From: Eledone cirrhosa
Lineage: Eukaryota
Reading direction: 5' to 3'
Assembly: GCA_964016885.1 (NCBI GenBank)
Contig: OZ024741.1
Location: 251,596,001-251,660,000 of the forward strand
DNA: 64,000 nucleotides
Positions 44,861 to 59,909 of the stretch are shown piece after piece. Under the pieces are notes generated by a model. The model did no database searches and was not told the DNA's origin. It saw only the letters and a list, made by a program, of their open reading frames with translations. The translations under genes and the position numbers were made by a program. How positions within the stretch are numbered: the first letter of the stretch is position 1; each line of letters opens with the position of its first letter.

Positions 44861-44910
44861 GAGCTGTACCGATGAAGGGTGATACCCAGAAACATTAGTG
44901 TCTGCAGTTC
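44861..44910 (+). ncRNA. Type I hammerhead-like fold with U4C core change
   Basis: GAGCUGUA-CCGAUGA-A-GGGU(GAU)ACCC-A-GAA-ACA(UUAG)UGU-C^-UGCAGUUC. Stem I has 8 bp including 2 G-U pairs. Confidence 0.6.
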
Positions 44911-45082
44911 TGTTTACATGCCAACACAAGAGCAAGAATGAAGGGTTCATTCTACTGACATGGCTTTAAAAATGAGGCTTGTTTGCATAATTACAAACGA
45001 ATCAAATGTTATTATTAATATTCGAAAAACTCAGATTACATTTATTGTATTCAGCCATGTAGAGCGAAATTTTATATATTTA

Positions 45083-45126
<44 letters not shown>

Positions 45127-45575
45127 CATGCTGTAATGTGGCCGTGTAGGTAACACGGTAAAAACCTCCCAGTCCACACTGTAAACGTGGTTGGTGTTAG
45201 GAAGGGCATCCAGCTGTAGAAAACCTGCCAGACAGTCCTATACGAGCAAGACAACCAATCTTGCCTCAAGTGGGAAAACTCCCGTCCAAACCCATGCAAG
45301 CGTGGAAGATGGATGTTAAACGATGATGATGATGATGATGATAGATATATATATATATATGTGTATATATATATATATAGAAAACCAGCCAGACAGTCCT
45401 ATACGAGCAAGACAACCACTCTTGCGTTACGTGAGACAACTCCCGTCTAAACCCATGCTAGCGTGGAAGATAGACGTTAAATGACGATGATGATGATGAT
45501 ATATATATATATGTATATATATATATAAGTATATATATATATGTATATATATATATGTGTATATATATATATGTG

Positions 45576-45625
<50 letters not shown>

Positions 45626-45779
45626 CAGATAGTCCCATACGAGTGGGACACGGTCACTCGACCAATCTTGCCTCAAGTGGGACAATTCCCGTCTAACCCA
45701 TGCTAGCGTGGAAGATAGATGTTAATTGATGATGATGATGATGATGATGATATGGTTATGCATATATATATATATATAA

Positions 45780-46252
45780 GGTTGGTTATATGATGCCTGT
45801 GTGAGATGTGCGATGCTGCATGGTAGTGAGACATAGGCAGCAACTGCGGAGGATATGTGACGGTTGGAAAGAAATGAAGCAAGCATGTTCTGTTGGATGT
45901 GCAATGTCAATGTGCATGAATGACTAAGCATAGACGAGTTGAGAAAGAAAGTGTGTATAAGAGGGTTAAGCTGTAGTGTGCGGGAGAGAAAACTGTATTG
46001 GTATGGCCATGTGATGCGCATGGAAGATGACTGCTGGGTGAAGAAGTGCCAGGAAATCCCAGTGGAAGGAAGACACAGTAGAGGAAGACCATGAAAAACA
46101 TGGGTGGAGGTGGTGAGAGCAGACCTCAGATCACTGAAGTTCACAGAGGAGATGACGAGGGACTGTGACGAATGGAGAGATGCTGTGCTGAAAAGGACCC
46201 GTCTCATCCTTGCAAGCAGGGAAAAGCGGACGTAAAATGATGATGATGAGGA
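45780..46252 (+). mobile_element. RTE-type LINE 3' end, 5'-truncated, (GAT)n tail
   Basis: LYDACVRCAMLHGSET*A...LERNEASMFCWMCNV...WYGHVMRMEDDCWVKKCQEIPVEGRHSRGRP, with stops. Confidence 0.85.
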
Positions 46253-47089
46253 TGATATGTGCATGTGTGTGTATACAGTGTACACATATATATGCAAATA
46301 TGCAACAATGACAATCAATTGTCCAAGTTCATAATTAAACACTCAGAAAATGAAAGTTAACCTTAAACTCAAGCTGGATATAAACCAAACACTTATATTC
46401 AAACTCAGACACCTCCCTTACCACTCAAGGATAAGCTAGAACATCAACCCTAATTCCCCTTAAATTCACTGTTGATCCTTACCAACCATTGTTATGGGAA
46501 GACAGACGTTTTCAAGCTGCAGCCGTCATATTATGTACATTCTTTTACGGCCCTTTATCATCTGAGTTCAAATCCCGCCGAAGTTAACTTTGCCTTTCAT
46601 CCTTAAGGGGTCGATAAAATAAAGTACCAGTAATACACTGGGGTAATTGCTGGTCTGGTGCTAAAAGTAGAAACAATTATTATCTGTAGTGACTATGGCT
46701 TCATTGTGTAACTGGCCATTCTCCACATCTTTTTGTACATCTCCTGAACTATAATTCCCTTGAAAAAGAACCATTGAGATAAACCATAAGCTCCAAGTAG
46801 GAATATTCCAATGGCATGATATGACCAAGGAAATATGACCCAAGAAAGACCACTAAACCACAATTTACCATGAACCTGACATCAGACCAATATAGACCAA
46901 AGCCGAATATTAAATGAATTTTGCATCAGAAAAGCTACAGCCAGGCGATACTAGATAAAGGCATTTAACTCTATTAATATGAAAATAACTAAATTATTAT
47001 TGAAACAAATAAAATTAATCCAAAGAGATAAATACTATTTAAATATCCAATATGATAATGCAATATATATATACATCTCATATATATAT

Positions 47090-49735
47090 TAATGTCAGTG
47101 CCATGAAAGGTAGTAAAGGAAATTGGAGAGATGCTAGATGATTAGATGTTTGCTGTATGTAAGAAGTAGAGTAGAGGAGGAATCTTTCCTCACAGGTAAA
47201 GAAAATAGGTAGAAATTCTTCTGCATAGGAAACATTGAAGAAGTAAGTGGAGTGGTCATACTGTTGGTAGAGAAATAGGCAGATCATTTTGATATGGTAG
47301 TCAGGATTTGTGACAGAATAAACAATCTTAGACTAGTCATATGTAAGGTGGTAGTAACTGTTATCTCTATTTATTCACCACAGTCAGGAGACTTTGATGA
47401 GCAAAAGTACCATCTTGATAAAAAATGAAAGTGACTTCATTGTCATTGCTGGTGACTTAAACGGACATGTTGTGGAGCAACATGTTGGTTAATGTGTGGT
47501 AAATGATGGCTATAGATATGATACAAGAAATGAAAGTAACTAGCCAGACAAAGTGACACGATAGTGGAATAACACTGTAGTCTAAAATGTGTCTTGAACC
47601 CAGGGTCTTATTAATCAAGTACTTACCACAATTTCCTTTCTGTTAAGTGACTGTGAGTACAACATTTCCCCTGGTCAAGAAGCTAGTTATTTGCAGAGTT
47701 GAACATCCATCTACTGCTATTACTTATTTTCAGCTAAATATACTGGTATGCTGGAGCAATGTGAAATGAATTGGTTTTGCTCATGAAAACAACTCACAAC
47801 CTGGTGCAGGAATCGAAACCATGACATTATAATCATAAGTACAACACCCTAACCACCAGGTCATGCTTTCTCTATATAATATTGTAGATAGAGTCATAAA
47901 AACTGAAAGATATGCTTGGAAGGAATAGAAAAAAGAGGACAATAAATTACAATATGAAATAGCTAGAAAAGAAGCTCGGCATCTGGTTTACATAGCTTGA
48001 GGAGAAGCTGAAAGGAAAAGGTTTGCCAATATTCTACATTGAAACGATCAAAGCATGAACTTTTCTTGATTACAAAGCAGTATGTCAGTGTGAACCAAGA
48101 TGTCAATTGGGGAAAGCGTGATTGGAATGACAATGGTACACAGACCCACACAATAGAGGAGAAGAAGGTCTCTTAGAAAAGATATTATAAAAGATTGCTG
48201 AATGCAGAAAATGTATTGGGTGAAGAACTGTTCCAGGTAGACTCAACAGAGGGACCAACTATTGAGGTTGACAGTAATCTGGTTGAAACAACTATTAAAG
48301 ATATGCAAACAGGAAAATTGGTCAGCCCATCTAGGATAGTAACTATAATGCTGAAAACATTTGGTGTAGTAGGCCTCAAGCTAGTCATTTACATAGTCAA
48401 TGAAAGGATTGGGAGGACCCTTCAGTTGTGTCAAAGACATGACAACCTCTCCTGTGCATTTGGTAGAATGTAAGCAAGATAACCCCTAGCCTACCTGAGA
48501 GGTCAGTGGCCCTGCTTCAGTACTGACTTGGTCTGTGTAGGCCTACCCAACACTTGCTAGCAGGTAAACCAGACAATAAAACAATGATGATGATGATAAT
48601 GATGAATCAGGTAATTCAGAAGTTGAGCAGTGCATCAAACGCTAGAAGCCACTGGTGGTCAACTTCCCACTATCAAGTGTGCACAGGGAGTCACTTTGCA
48701 ATATCTTTCTGTCATATGGTGCCCCACAATGTTTTCTCAACATTGTCAAGAGCTTGGACACATATTTAAGGTGCTGTGTGAGAATCTGAATATGTAGAAG
48801 TTCTAGAGAAGAAATTTCAGACATGGGAACAACATCTAGAATCAAAAGAACTCAAGGTAAATCTAGCAAAGATTAAAGTATTGTAAGTAAGAAAGAGGAC
48901 AAGGCCTTGTTATCACTAGGCAAATATTTGTATTCAATAAGCAAAAGAAGAATAGGAAGAAATAGCTTTCAATCTATTCAATGCAAAATATGAGGACACA
49001 AGAAAAGCAGTTGGATTACAGGCAAACTAACAGAGGAAAAAGACTTTGTGTATGCCAAATACACAGGGTCATTTAGCAGGAAGAGCACCAGAGAAATAAA
49101 AACTATCTGATTCAAGGAAGGTTTCATAGAAGTAATTGACAGATTCAGTTATCAAGATAAACAATGGAAGAAGGTGCTCTGAAATCTTAGTAGCTAGAGT
49201 CAGAATAGGGCAAAACCTTTCAGGGAGCTGTTATATCTTCTGGCAACAAATGGATTTTCTCTCTGAGTAAAAGAGAGTCTCTGTGACAATTGCGTGTGTG
49301 TAATGCAATGCTGCATGGTAGTGAGACATGGGATTACAAGGCAGAGGATGCATAATAGTTGAAAAGAAATCAAGCAGACATGCTCTGCTGAAAATGTAAT
49401 GTTAGTTTGCATGAGTGATGAAGCACAGAAAAGTTGAGAGAAACACTTGGTAAACTAGAGAGAAGACCATGCTGGCATGGAGAGGTAATACATATGGATG
49501 ATAACATTTGGGTATAGATGTGCCAAGAATTCCAAGTAAAAAGAAGCTGTAATAAAGGTAGAGTAAAGAAGACATGAGTTTAAGTGGTGAAAGCTGATCT
49601 CACTAGGCTGAATTTCATAAAGGAGATGAGAAAAGAATGCAACAAGTGGGTGAGACACTTGTTGCATTCTTTTCTCATCTCCTACTATTTTTGAGTAAGT
49701 AAGAATGGACATAAAACTGTGATGATGATGATGAT
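47090..49735 (+). mobile_element. Long, heavily decayed RTE-type LINE (APE endonuclease to 3' tail) interrupted by SINE-like insertions at about 47560-47870 and 48400-48605
   Basis: FIVIAGDLNGHV (APE motif, about 47435-47471), later MLHGSETW (about 49308-49330) and a GAT tail. Many stops and frameshifts. Confidence 0.7.
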
Positions 49736-50109
49736 ATTTGAATATTTATATGTTTATATGTATATATATATATATATAACACACATATATATATATATGA
49801 CAACATGAATGGACCTGTTATTTTTATCTAAATACATTTTTTCCAATTTTTTCCAATTCCATCCCACCTGTCCCCTCAATCTATCTTATTTCTCATTCTT
49901 TCTTTTAATGAAGGACTAGCGTCCGAAACGTTAAGACCCTCTTCCTGCTATATCAAGCGTTGGCCTAATATATACCTTCCATATACTGTACCGATTGAGT
50001 TGTTATTTCTGTTTATTTTCTACATACATATATATATATATATTTATATATATTTTACACATACACACATATATATATTCAGAAAAGGAGTAAACAGAAA
50101 CACAATATG

Positions 50110-53190
<3,081 letters not shown>

Positions 53191-53819
53191 CAGTATTCTA
53201 TAAAGCAGAGATCACAGAAGACATTACAGGACCTTAAATTATTAGAGATGTATTCAAATTTGCATAATTAAATTAAATACATAATCGCTAAAGATCTTTG
53301 CCACTTAGCAATATTGTGTAAATATCCAAAGTGATATTGAGGGTATTATGGTGCTGTGATCTGTCAAATGATTTTGTGTGGATGAGTGACGACAGTGTAT
53401 TTGGAAACACAGGCTCAGTAATTTTCTTACAAATCTGTGAACTGAATAAATCCTACTCTGAAGAGTTTGCCTATGCCATTAAATACATAGCACTATTGAT
53501 ATCATCATTTTACGTCTGCTTTTCCCTGCTTGCAAGGGTGGGACGGGAACTGATTCTGGCTTGATTTCTACAGCTGGATACCCTTCCTAACACCAACCTC
53601 ATTTACAGTGAGTGCTGGGTGCCTTTTTTGCCGTGGCACCTACACGTCCATTTTACAGTGTGGGCCTCCAAGACCACTTTGCAGTGAAATGATAGGGACC
53701 CCTATCATCTCATTTCTACAGCTGAGTAAACTGGAGCAATGTGAAATAAAGTGTCTTGCTCAAGGACACAACACATCACCCGGTCTGAGAATTGAACTCA
53801 CAACCTTTCGATTGCAAGG

Positions 53820-53859
<40 letters not shown>

Positions 53860-54004
53860 TTCGGATCTTGGTGTCGAAACGGCCGGAGCTTAGCCATCGG
53901 GGTCCTGGCTTTTCCTATTACCCACTCTAAGTATTGAGTACTCTGGTGCATTATGGTCCACCTGGTATCTTACCACACCTTTGTTTATATATATATATAT
54001 AATA

Positions 54005-54053
<49 letters not shown>

Positions 54054-54092
54054 TGTGTTGTTATTTCTGTTTCCTTTTTACATATATATATA

Positions 54093-55138
54093 CTAGCAGC
54101 TGAGCCCTGTTGCACCCGGAGCCACTTTTTATTAAGTTAATAATTTGAAAAATATTATTGAAAGTTTATTATAAAGAAGCAGTATCAGGAAAAAAAATAG
54201 AAATATGCACTTGGGGCTGGACGGCGTACAATGAGAAGTGGAGCGACGTGAAAAGCGTTGTTTATTAACAGTGAAATAGCAATGTCGATGATATGCAAGT
54301 TTAAAAATGCATATTATGGAAGGTTTGTATGATAGTTTACACTTTGATTGTTCTGGTCAGCAAGAGGGGTCTCTATATATTAGATGTTTATTAGAAGAGG
54401 GGGAAATAACTAACTCCAGTATTAGAGCAGGGGGTTCGCAATGTAAGGGTTTTATTTCTTTTGTTAGAAAACAGTGACTTTTTTCGGTTTGCAATTTTGT
54501 AAAATTCTACTGCAGAATCGATTTCATAAAACGGTACTGTATGATCGTTATAGAAGTATTTAAATTTAATATAGAGCAACTGTAATTGAAAAATGAAAAC
54601 TTTGAACTTTTCATTTGACTTTGAAAAATACTACTTACTGTTAGTGGTGGTTAACATGTATTAGAATTAAAATGAAAATGATATCTGAAAAAACGTACTT
54701 GAGAACATGACTCCCTTCTTCGCAATTTAAGGGTTTTATTTATTTTGATGGAAAACAGTGTCCGTTTTCGGTTTGGCATTTCGTAAAATGGTACTGCAGA
54801 ATCGATTTCATAAAACGCTACTGTATGTTAACAGCGAAAGAACGCAGCGAAAGAAATTGGTGAGTTTAAAAATTTGTATGAAATTGTAAATAAGACAATG
54901 AATATTGAAAGTATTAGAACAGGGGGAAATAACTCACCGAACGCGATAGTAAAGAGACCGTTTTGGGGCCATAGGGACCATATTTTTCAAGTTAGAGATT
55001 TGAAACCTCGTCTATTTGCTTCCTTGGCACTTTTTACATAGGTGTGTAAATAATCATGTCCGTCCGACCACGTCTACTACCATTTAACCGTGCACAACTG
55101 AATTTCAACCACCACCCATTTCACAAATATATATTAGA
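54093..55138 (-). mobile_element. Non-autonomous Helitron-like element
   Basis: On the minus strand it starts A|TC(TAATATAT) and ends CTAG|T, with a GC-rich imperfect subterminal hairpin (CCGGGTGCAACAGGG). There is an internal ~105-bp direct duplication (about 54436-54543 vs 54720-54827). Confidence 0.65.
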
Positions 55139-55228
55139 TATGTAAAAGGTAAACAGAAATAACAACACAGTCAGAACAGTTTATCGAAGGAATATATTGG
55201 GTTAATGCTTGAAATAGCAGGAAGAGCA

Positions 55229-55264
55229 TCTTAACGTTTCGGACGCTAGTCCTTCATCAGAAGA
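55229..55264 (-). ncRNA. Minimal type I hammerhead (paralogue of 23353-23388)
   Basis: Minus strand UCUU-CUGAUGA-A-GGAC(UAGC)GUCC-GAAACGUU^AAGA. Confidence 0.75.
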
Positions 55265-55380
55265 ACGAATGAGAAATTATATAGATTGAAGGAACGGGCG
55301 GGATGGATTTGGAGAAAACGTTTTAGAGAAAAAAATAACAAGTCCATTCATGTTCAAATCCCTTAACCATAATAAAATGA

Positions 55381-55411
<31 letters not shown>

Positions 55412-55413
<2 letters not shown>

Positions 55414-55585
55414 ATTGTTTCTACTTATGGCACAAGGCCAGCAATTACACAGTACATTACTGGTACTTTATTTCATCGACCCCCGTAAGGATGAAAGGCA
55501 AAGTCAACCTCGGCGGGATTTGAACTCAGTCCGTAAAGGGACGCAACTGTGCTGAAAAGCATGGCGTCCGACCCTCTACCGACAG
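55412..55585 (-). mobile_element. SINE B
   Basis: Reverse complement of 59688-59878. Confidence 0.85.
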
Positions 55586-55939
55586 ATATAAGTCAGAGTT
55601 GTAGCCAGAGTATTGTAGATACTAATTGAATTGTTTATATGCATATATATATATATATATATGTATGTGTGTATATATATATATACATATATATACATAT
55701 ATATTCTTTTAGTGTTTCACTGGTTTCAGTCATTAGACTTTGGTCATACTGGAGTACCATTTACAAAAATTTTAGTCAATCATATTGACCTAGTTATATA
55801 TATTGGTATTTTCTTCGGGGTTATAAGAGGCTTAGCTCTGTTTCTCGACCGTTATATCGCGTGACTATCTCCCCCTCCGCCTTTTGGGATTCTTTCTCAC
55901 GTCGTGTAGACGCGCTCTTGAGACTAGTAAAATGAGGTA

Positions 55940-56029
55940 TCCTCTTGATAAGTCGGCAGACCTCGCAAGGACTCTATGTCTTTATGATATATTGTTTTTG
56001 TTTATGCCACGAAACTACGTAGTCGAGGA
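55940..56029 (+). ncRNA. Type I hammerhead, U3-A8 variant, enlarged stem II (copy 1)
   Basis: UCCUC-UUGAUAA-GU(C)GGCA...UGCCAC-GAA-ACUACGUAGU-C^-GAGGA. Predicted cut after 56024. Confidence 0.78.
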
Positions 56030-56375
56030 ATTTAGGAGCAGTTTAGGTATGATACATTTTATTACTAATTATATCTAAATGTTTCTTCTCTCTTCATAAT
56101 GTATTTTTAACTCTGATACTGGTTCAGTCTAGTTCAACTGAATTGGTCTGTCCCAGTCATTCATTGAGCAACATCGGTGAAGTTGGCACCCTTAACTCAC
56201 AGTTGGGTGCGGATGCATTCATGTATATATGTGTGTGTCCGCATGTATCTGTGTGTTTCTAAATATATTGTTAATAATTCCCTCTGGTCGAGCAATCTTT
56301 GAAGTGTGGGGACAGCTAGAAAGCTTCCATTACTCATACTTCTCTCCTTCTTCACCACCTCTTCTACGGCCTCGA

Positions 56376-56383
56376 TATAAATA
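56376..56383 (+). promoter_or_regulatory. TATA-box-like TATAAATA in the 595-bp unit (also 56971-56978)
   Basis: Motif match only. It lies ~150 bp upstream of the next hammerhead. Confidence 0.3.
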
Positions 56384-56534
56384 CCCCCTCCGCCTCCGTG
56401 GTATTTTCTTCGGGGTTATAAGAGGCTTAGCTCTGTTTCTCGACCGTTATATCGCGTGACTATCTCCCCCTCCGCCTTTTGGGATTCTTTCTCACGTCGT
56501 GTAGACGCGCTCTTGAGACTAGTAAAATGAGGTA

Positions 56535-56624
56535 TCCTCTTGATAAGTCGGCAGACCTCGCAAGGACTCTATGTCTTTATGATATATTGTTTTTGTTTAT
56601 GCCACGAAACTACGTAGTCGAGGA
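56535..56624 (+). ncRNA. Type I hammerhead, U3-A8 variant (copy 2)
   Basis: Identical to copy 1. Predicted cut after 56619. Confidence 0.78.
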
Positions 56625-57130
56625 ATTTAGGAGCAGTTTAGGTATGATACATTTTATTACTAATTATATCTAAATGTTTCTTCTCTCTTCATAATGTATT
56701 TTTAACTCTGATACTGGTTCAGTCTAGTTCAACTGAATTGGTCTGTCCCAGTCATTCATTGAGCAACATCGGTGAAGTTGGCACCCTTAACTCACAGTTG
56801 GGTGCGGATGCATTCATGTATATATGTGTGTGTCCGCATGTATCTGTGTGTTTCTAAATATATTGTTAATAACTCCCTCTGGTCGAGCAATCTTTGAAGT
56901 GTGGGGACAGCTAGAAAGCTTCCATTACTCATACTTCTCGCCTTCTTCACCACCTCTTCTACGGCCTCGATATAAATACCCCCTCCGCCTCCGTGGTATT
57001 TTCTTCGGGGTTATAAGAGGCTTAGCTCTGTTTCTCGACCGTTATATCGCGTGACTATCTCCCCCCTCCGCCTTTTGGGATTCTTTCTCACGTCGTGTAG
57101 ACGCGCTCTTGAGACTAGTAAAATGAGGTA

Positions 57131-57220
57131 TCCTCTTGATAAGTCGGCAGACCTCGCAAGGACTCTATGTCTTTATGATATATTGTTTTTGTTTATGCCA
57201 CGAAACTACGTAGTCGAGGA
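57131..57220 (+). ncRNA. Type I hammerhead, U3-A8 variant (copy 3)
   Basis: Identical to copy 1. Predicted cut after 57215. Confidence 0.78.
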
Positions 57221-57289
57221 ATTTAGGAGCAGTTTGGGTATGATACATTTTATTACTAATTATATCTAAATGTTTCTTCTCTCTTCATA

Positions 57290-57340
<51 letters not shown>

Positions 57341-57499
57341 TCCCAGCTCAAATGTGGTTGGTGTTAGGAAGGGCATCCAGCTGTAGAAAACCCGCCAGAC
57401 AGTCCTATGCGAGCAAGACAACCACTCTTGCCTGAAGTGGGAAAACTCCCGTCCAAACCCATGCAAGCGTGGAACATGGACGTTAAATGATGATGATGA

Positions 57500-57660
<161 letters not shown>

Positions 57661-58209
57661 ACAACATTGTATAATATAGACACTGGTAGACAACAACACG
57701 ATATAATATTTAAAAAAAAAATTATTCCAGTGCTTAATTAACCATCAATCAATGTCAGCACATGTTTAGGACACCAAGAGAAGTGGGACATTATTTTATA
57801 GAAATTCAATGTGAGATATAGTTATGGACAGACAAGAACACTATATAATATAGTCAGTAATGAAATGAACCTCCACTGGTTTCAATGATGTGTGGTCGAC
57901 TTGTCTCATCAATGGTACAGCATACTCATGAAATTAACATGTAAGTGACTGACCATTTCTCATGTATAACACAAGAATAACACAAGGTACCAATCTCTGG
58001 TTTAGTTACATTAACTCTTCTTTTAACCAAGGAATTTTATCATGAAATATAAAAGACTAACTAAACACCTCCAAAATAACATTCTAACAACTTCGTTATG
58101 ATTATTTTTAAAATTTAATGTCCAATTTTCATTGTGAAACCCTCTGGAGAAACACACTATTTTAACTCTTTAGCATTTAAACCAGCCGTACCCGGTAAAG
58201 GTTTCTCTC

Positions 58210-58924
58210 ACCTCTTTCTATATGTCTCTAAAATTGTCAAGAAAGGCGAAGGTGTCTTAGCATCACTCAGCAAGACCTTTGTCAGCCACTCTCCAGCTAT
58301 CTATTTAAAGTTGTATATAGCTATGGTGCAGCCACACTTACAATTTACATCACCAGTCTAGAACCTCCTATCTTCCTCAGAACATTGCCCTCCTGGAAAC
58401 TGTTCAGAGACGTGCAGCCAAGCGAATACCCTCCGTCAGGCATCTACCATACTCTGAACGCCTTGCTTCCCTGGGCATGAATACACTGAAGCTCCGACTT
58501 CTGGCAACTGACTTGGTAAGCACCCACAAAATCATTAACCATCTTGCCAACAACAACCCTGAGTACCTTTTTGATTTCCATGTGTCTAACACCTGTGGGC
58601 ATGCCTACAAAGTGAGAAAACAGCACAGCTCCCATGACTTTCGGAAACATTTTTTCCCGCTCAGAGTTGCTGAAGCATGGAACAAACTACCTGCATCAGT
58701 TGTTAGCTGCCGGGACACTGCATCCTTTAAAACCTCCATACTTCCTGAGATTCGCCAACACTACACCTGATATACCCCCTCCACACACACGCACACATGT
58801 ATATCATGACTCATACACTATTCACTTCCCTGACATTTGTATATTATTCTATGTACTATATATGCACCTTTGACGAGTTGTAGTGCACCTGAGCACTGTA
58901 CACAATAATTTCATTATTATTATA
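58210..58924 (+). mobile_element. CR1-like LINE 3' end, 5'-truncated, (ATT)n tail
   Basis: LYIAMVQPHLQFTSPV*...LETVQRRAAKRIP...NTCGHAYKV...RKHFFPLRVAEAWNKLP, the typical CR1-group ORF2 C-terminus. Confidence 0.87.
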
Positions 58925-59687
58925 AACTGGCCAAAACTGGCCACTCATACCTATGTTAAGGTATTGTTCTCAAAATAAATAATATCAAAATTTCATAGAT
59001 TCGATTTTATGTGAGATAATTATGTGCCCTTACCACGAAATTACAATAGTAAATATAGAGTAATGTAAATACTAAAGGGTTAAGGTAATTATCAGGGAGA
59101 TTCAGCATGTCACAGTCTGTGGTGGGGCATGGGTAAACCTGAGGCTATGGTAAATAGATTGGTAGTATCATTCAAATCCTACAGAGGTCAACTTTGCCTT
59201 TCATGTACCCAGGGTCGATAAAATAAAGCACCAGTAATGTACTAGAGGCAATTTTATTGACTTTCTCCTCCCCCAATTATTAACCTTGTCCCTATATTAA
59301 GAACAACTCTCAGAAAAACCACCCTTAGGGTGGTTTTGTGCTAGCTTGTATAGTGTGTACGCAGGTATATATACATGTAGATATGATACATCAAATAATA
59401 TCGTAATTGACAATATATAATACATAGAAATTGAACGAAGACTGCGTTACACTGTCTTATATAATCAGTAACGTAATCCATGACACATTAAAAAAGATGA
59501 TATTATATATACACTGCATTAGAAGAACATTAGTGACAGAAACTTAGTATGTTTATTTAAGCGATCGCCACCGGAAGTGTTGACATTTCAGAAATTTTAA
59601 AGAAGTGAATCTTTAAATAAACAAAATATATTTAATCAACAGCCACGAAATTTAATGTAATATTCATTCATTATTTATTTAAGTATA

Positions 59688-59878
59688 GGGCGGTGGATTG
59701 GCAGTATCAGTAGAGGGTCGGATGCAATGCTTTCCAGCATAGTTACGTCCCTTTACGATATGAGTTCAAATCCCGCCGAGGTTAACTTTGCCTTTCATCT
59801 TACGGGGTCGATAAAATAAAGTACCAGTAATGTACTGGGTAATTGCTGGCCTTGTGCCTAAAGTAGAAACAATTATTT
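59688..59878 (+). mobile_element. SINE B, full length
   Basis: A-box-like TGGCAGTATCAGTAG, B box GAGTTCAAATCC and central GCCTTTCATC..GGGGTCGATAAAATAAAGTACCAG. Further fragments at 46545-46683, 59165-59305, 63375-63510(-) and 63590-63730. Confidence 0.85.
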
Positions 59879-59909
59879 ATTCAAAGTAATCCAACTTATT
59901 TTACTATTT

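Larger units (their letters stand above)
55804..57295 (+). mobile_element. 595-bp x 2.5 tandem array with one hammerhead per unit (candidate non-LTR retrozyme or PLE-derived)
   Basis: Units start at 55804, 56399 and 56994. I found about 4 differences among the copies. GC/CpG content is higher than in the flanks. Three hammerhead copies. Confidence 0.85.

Noticed and set aside
49901-49936. Active hammerhead
   Set aside because: The core is UUAAUGA (C3U without G8A, plus G5A), so it is predicted inactive.
55884-57269. Repeated 64-76 aa ORFs in the 595-bp array
   Set aside because: Short, with no recognisable domain and partly non-ATG starts. The RNA structure explains the unit better.
59688-59780. 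tRNA gene (A and B boxes)
   Set aside because: No cloverleaf, and it continues into a SINE body present in more than 10 copies.
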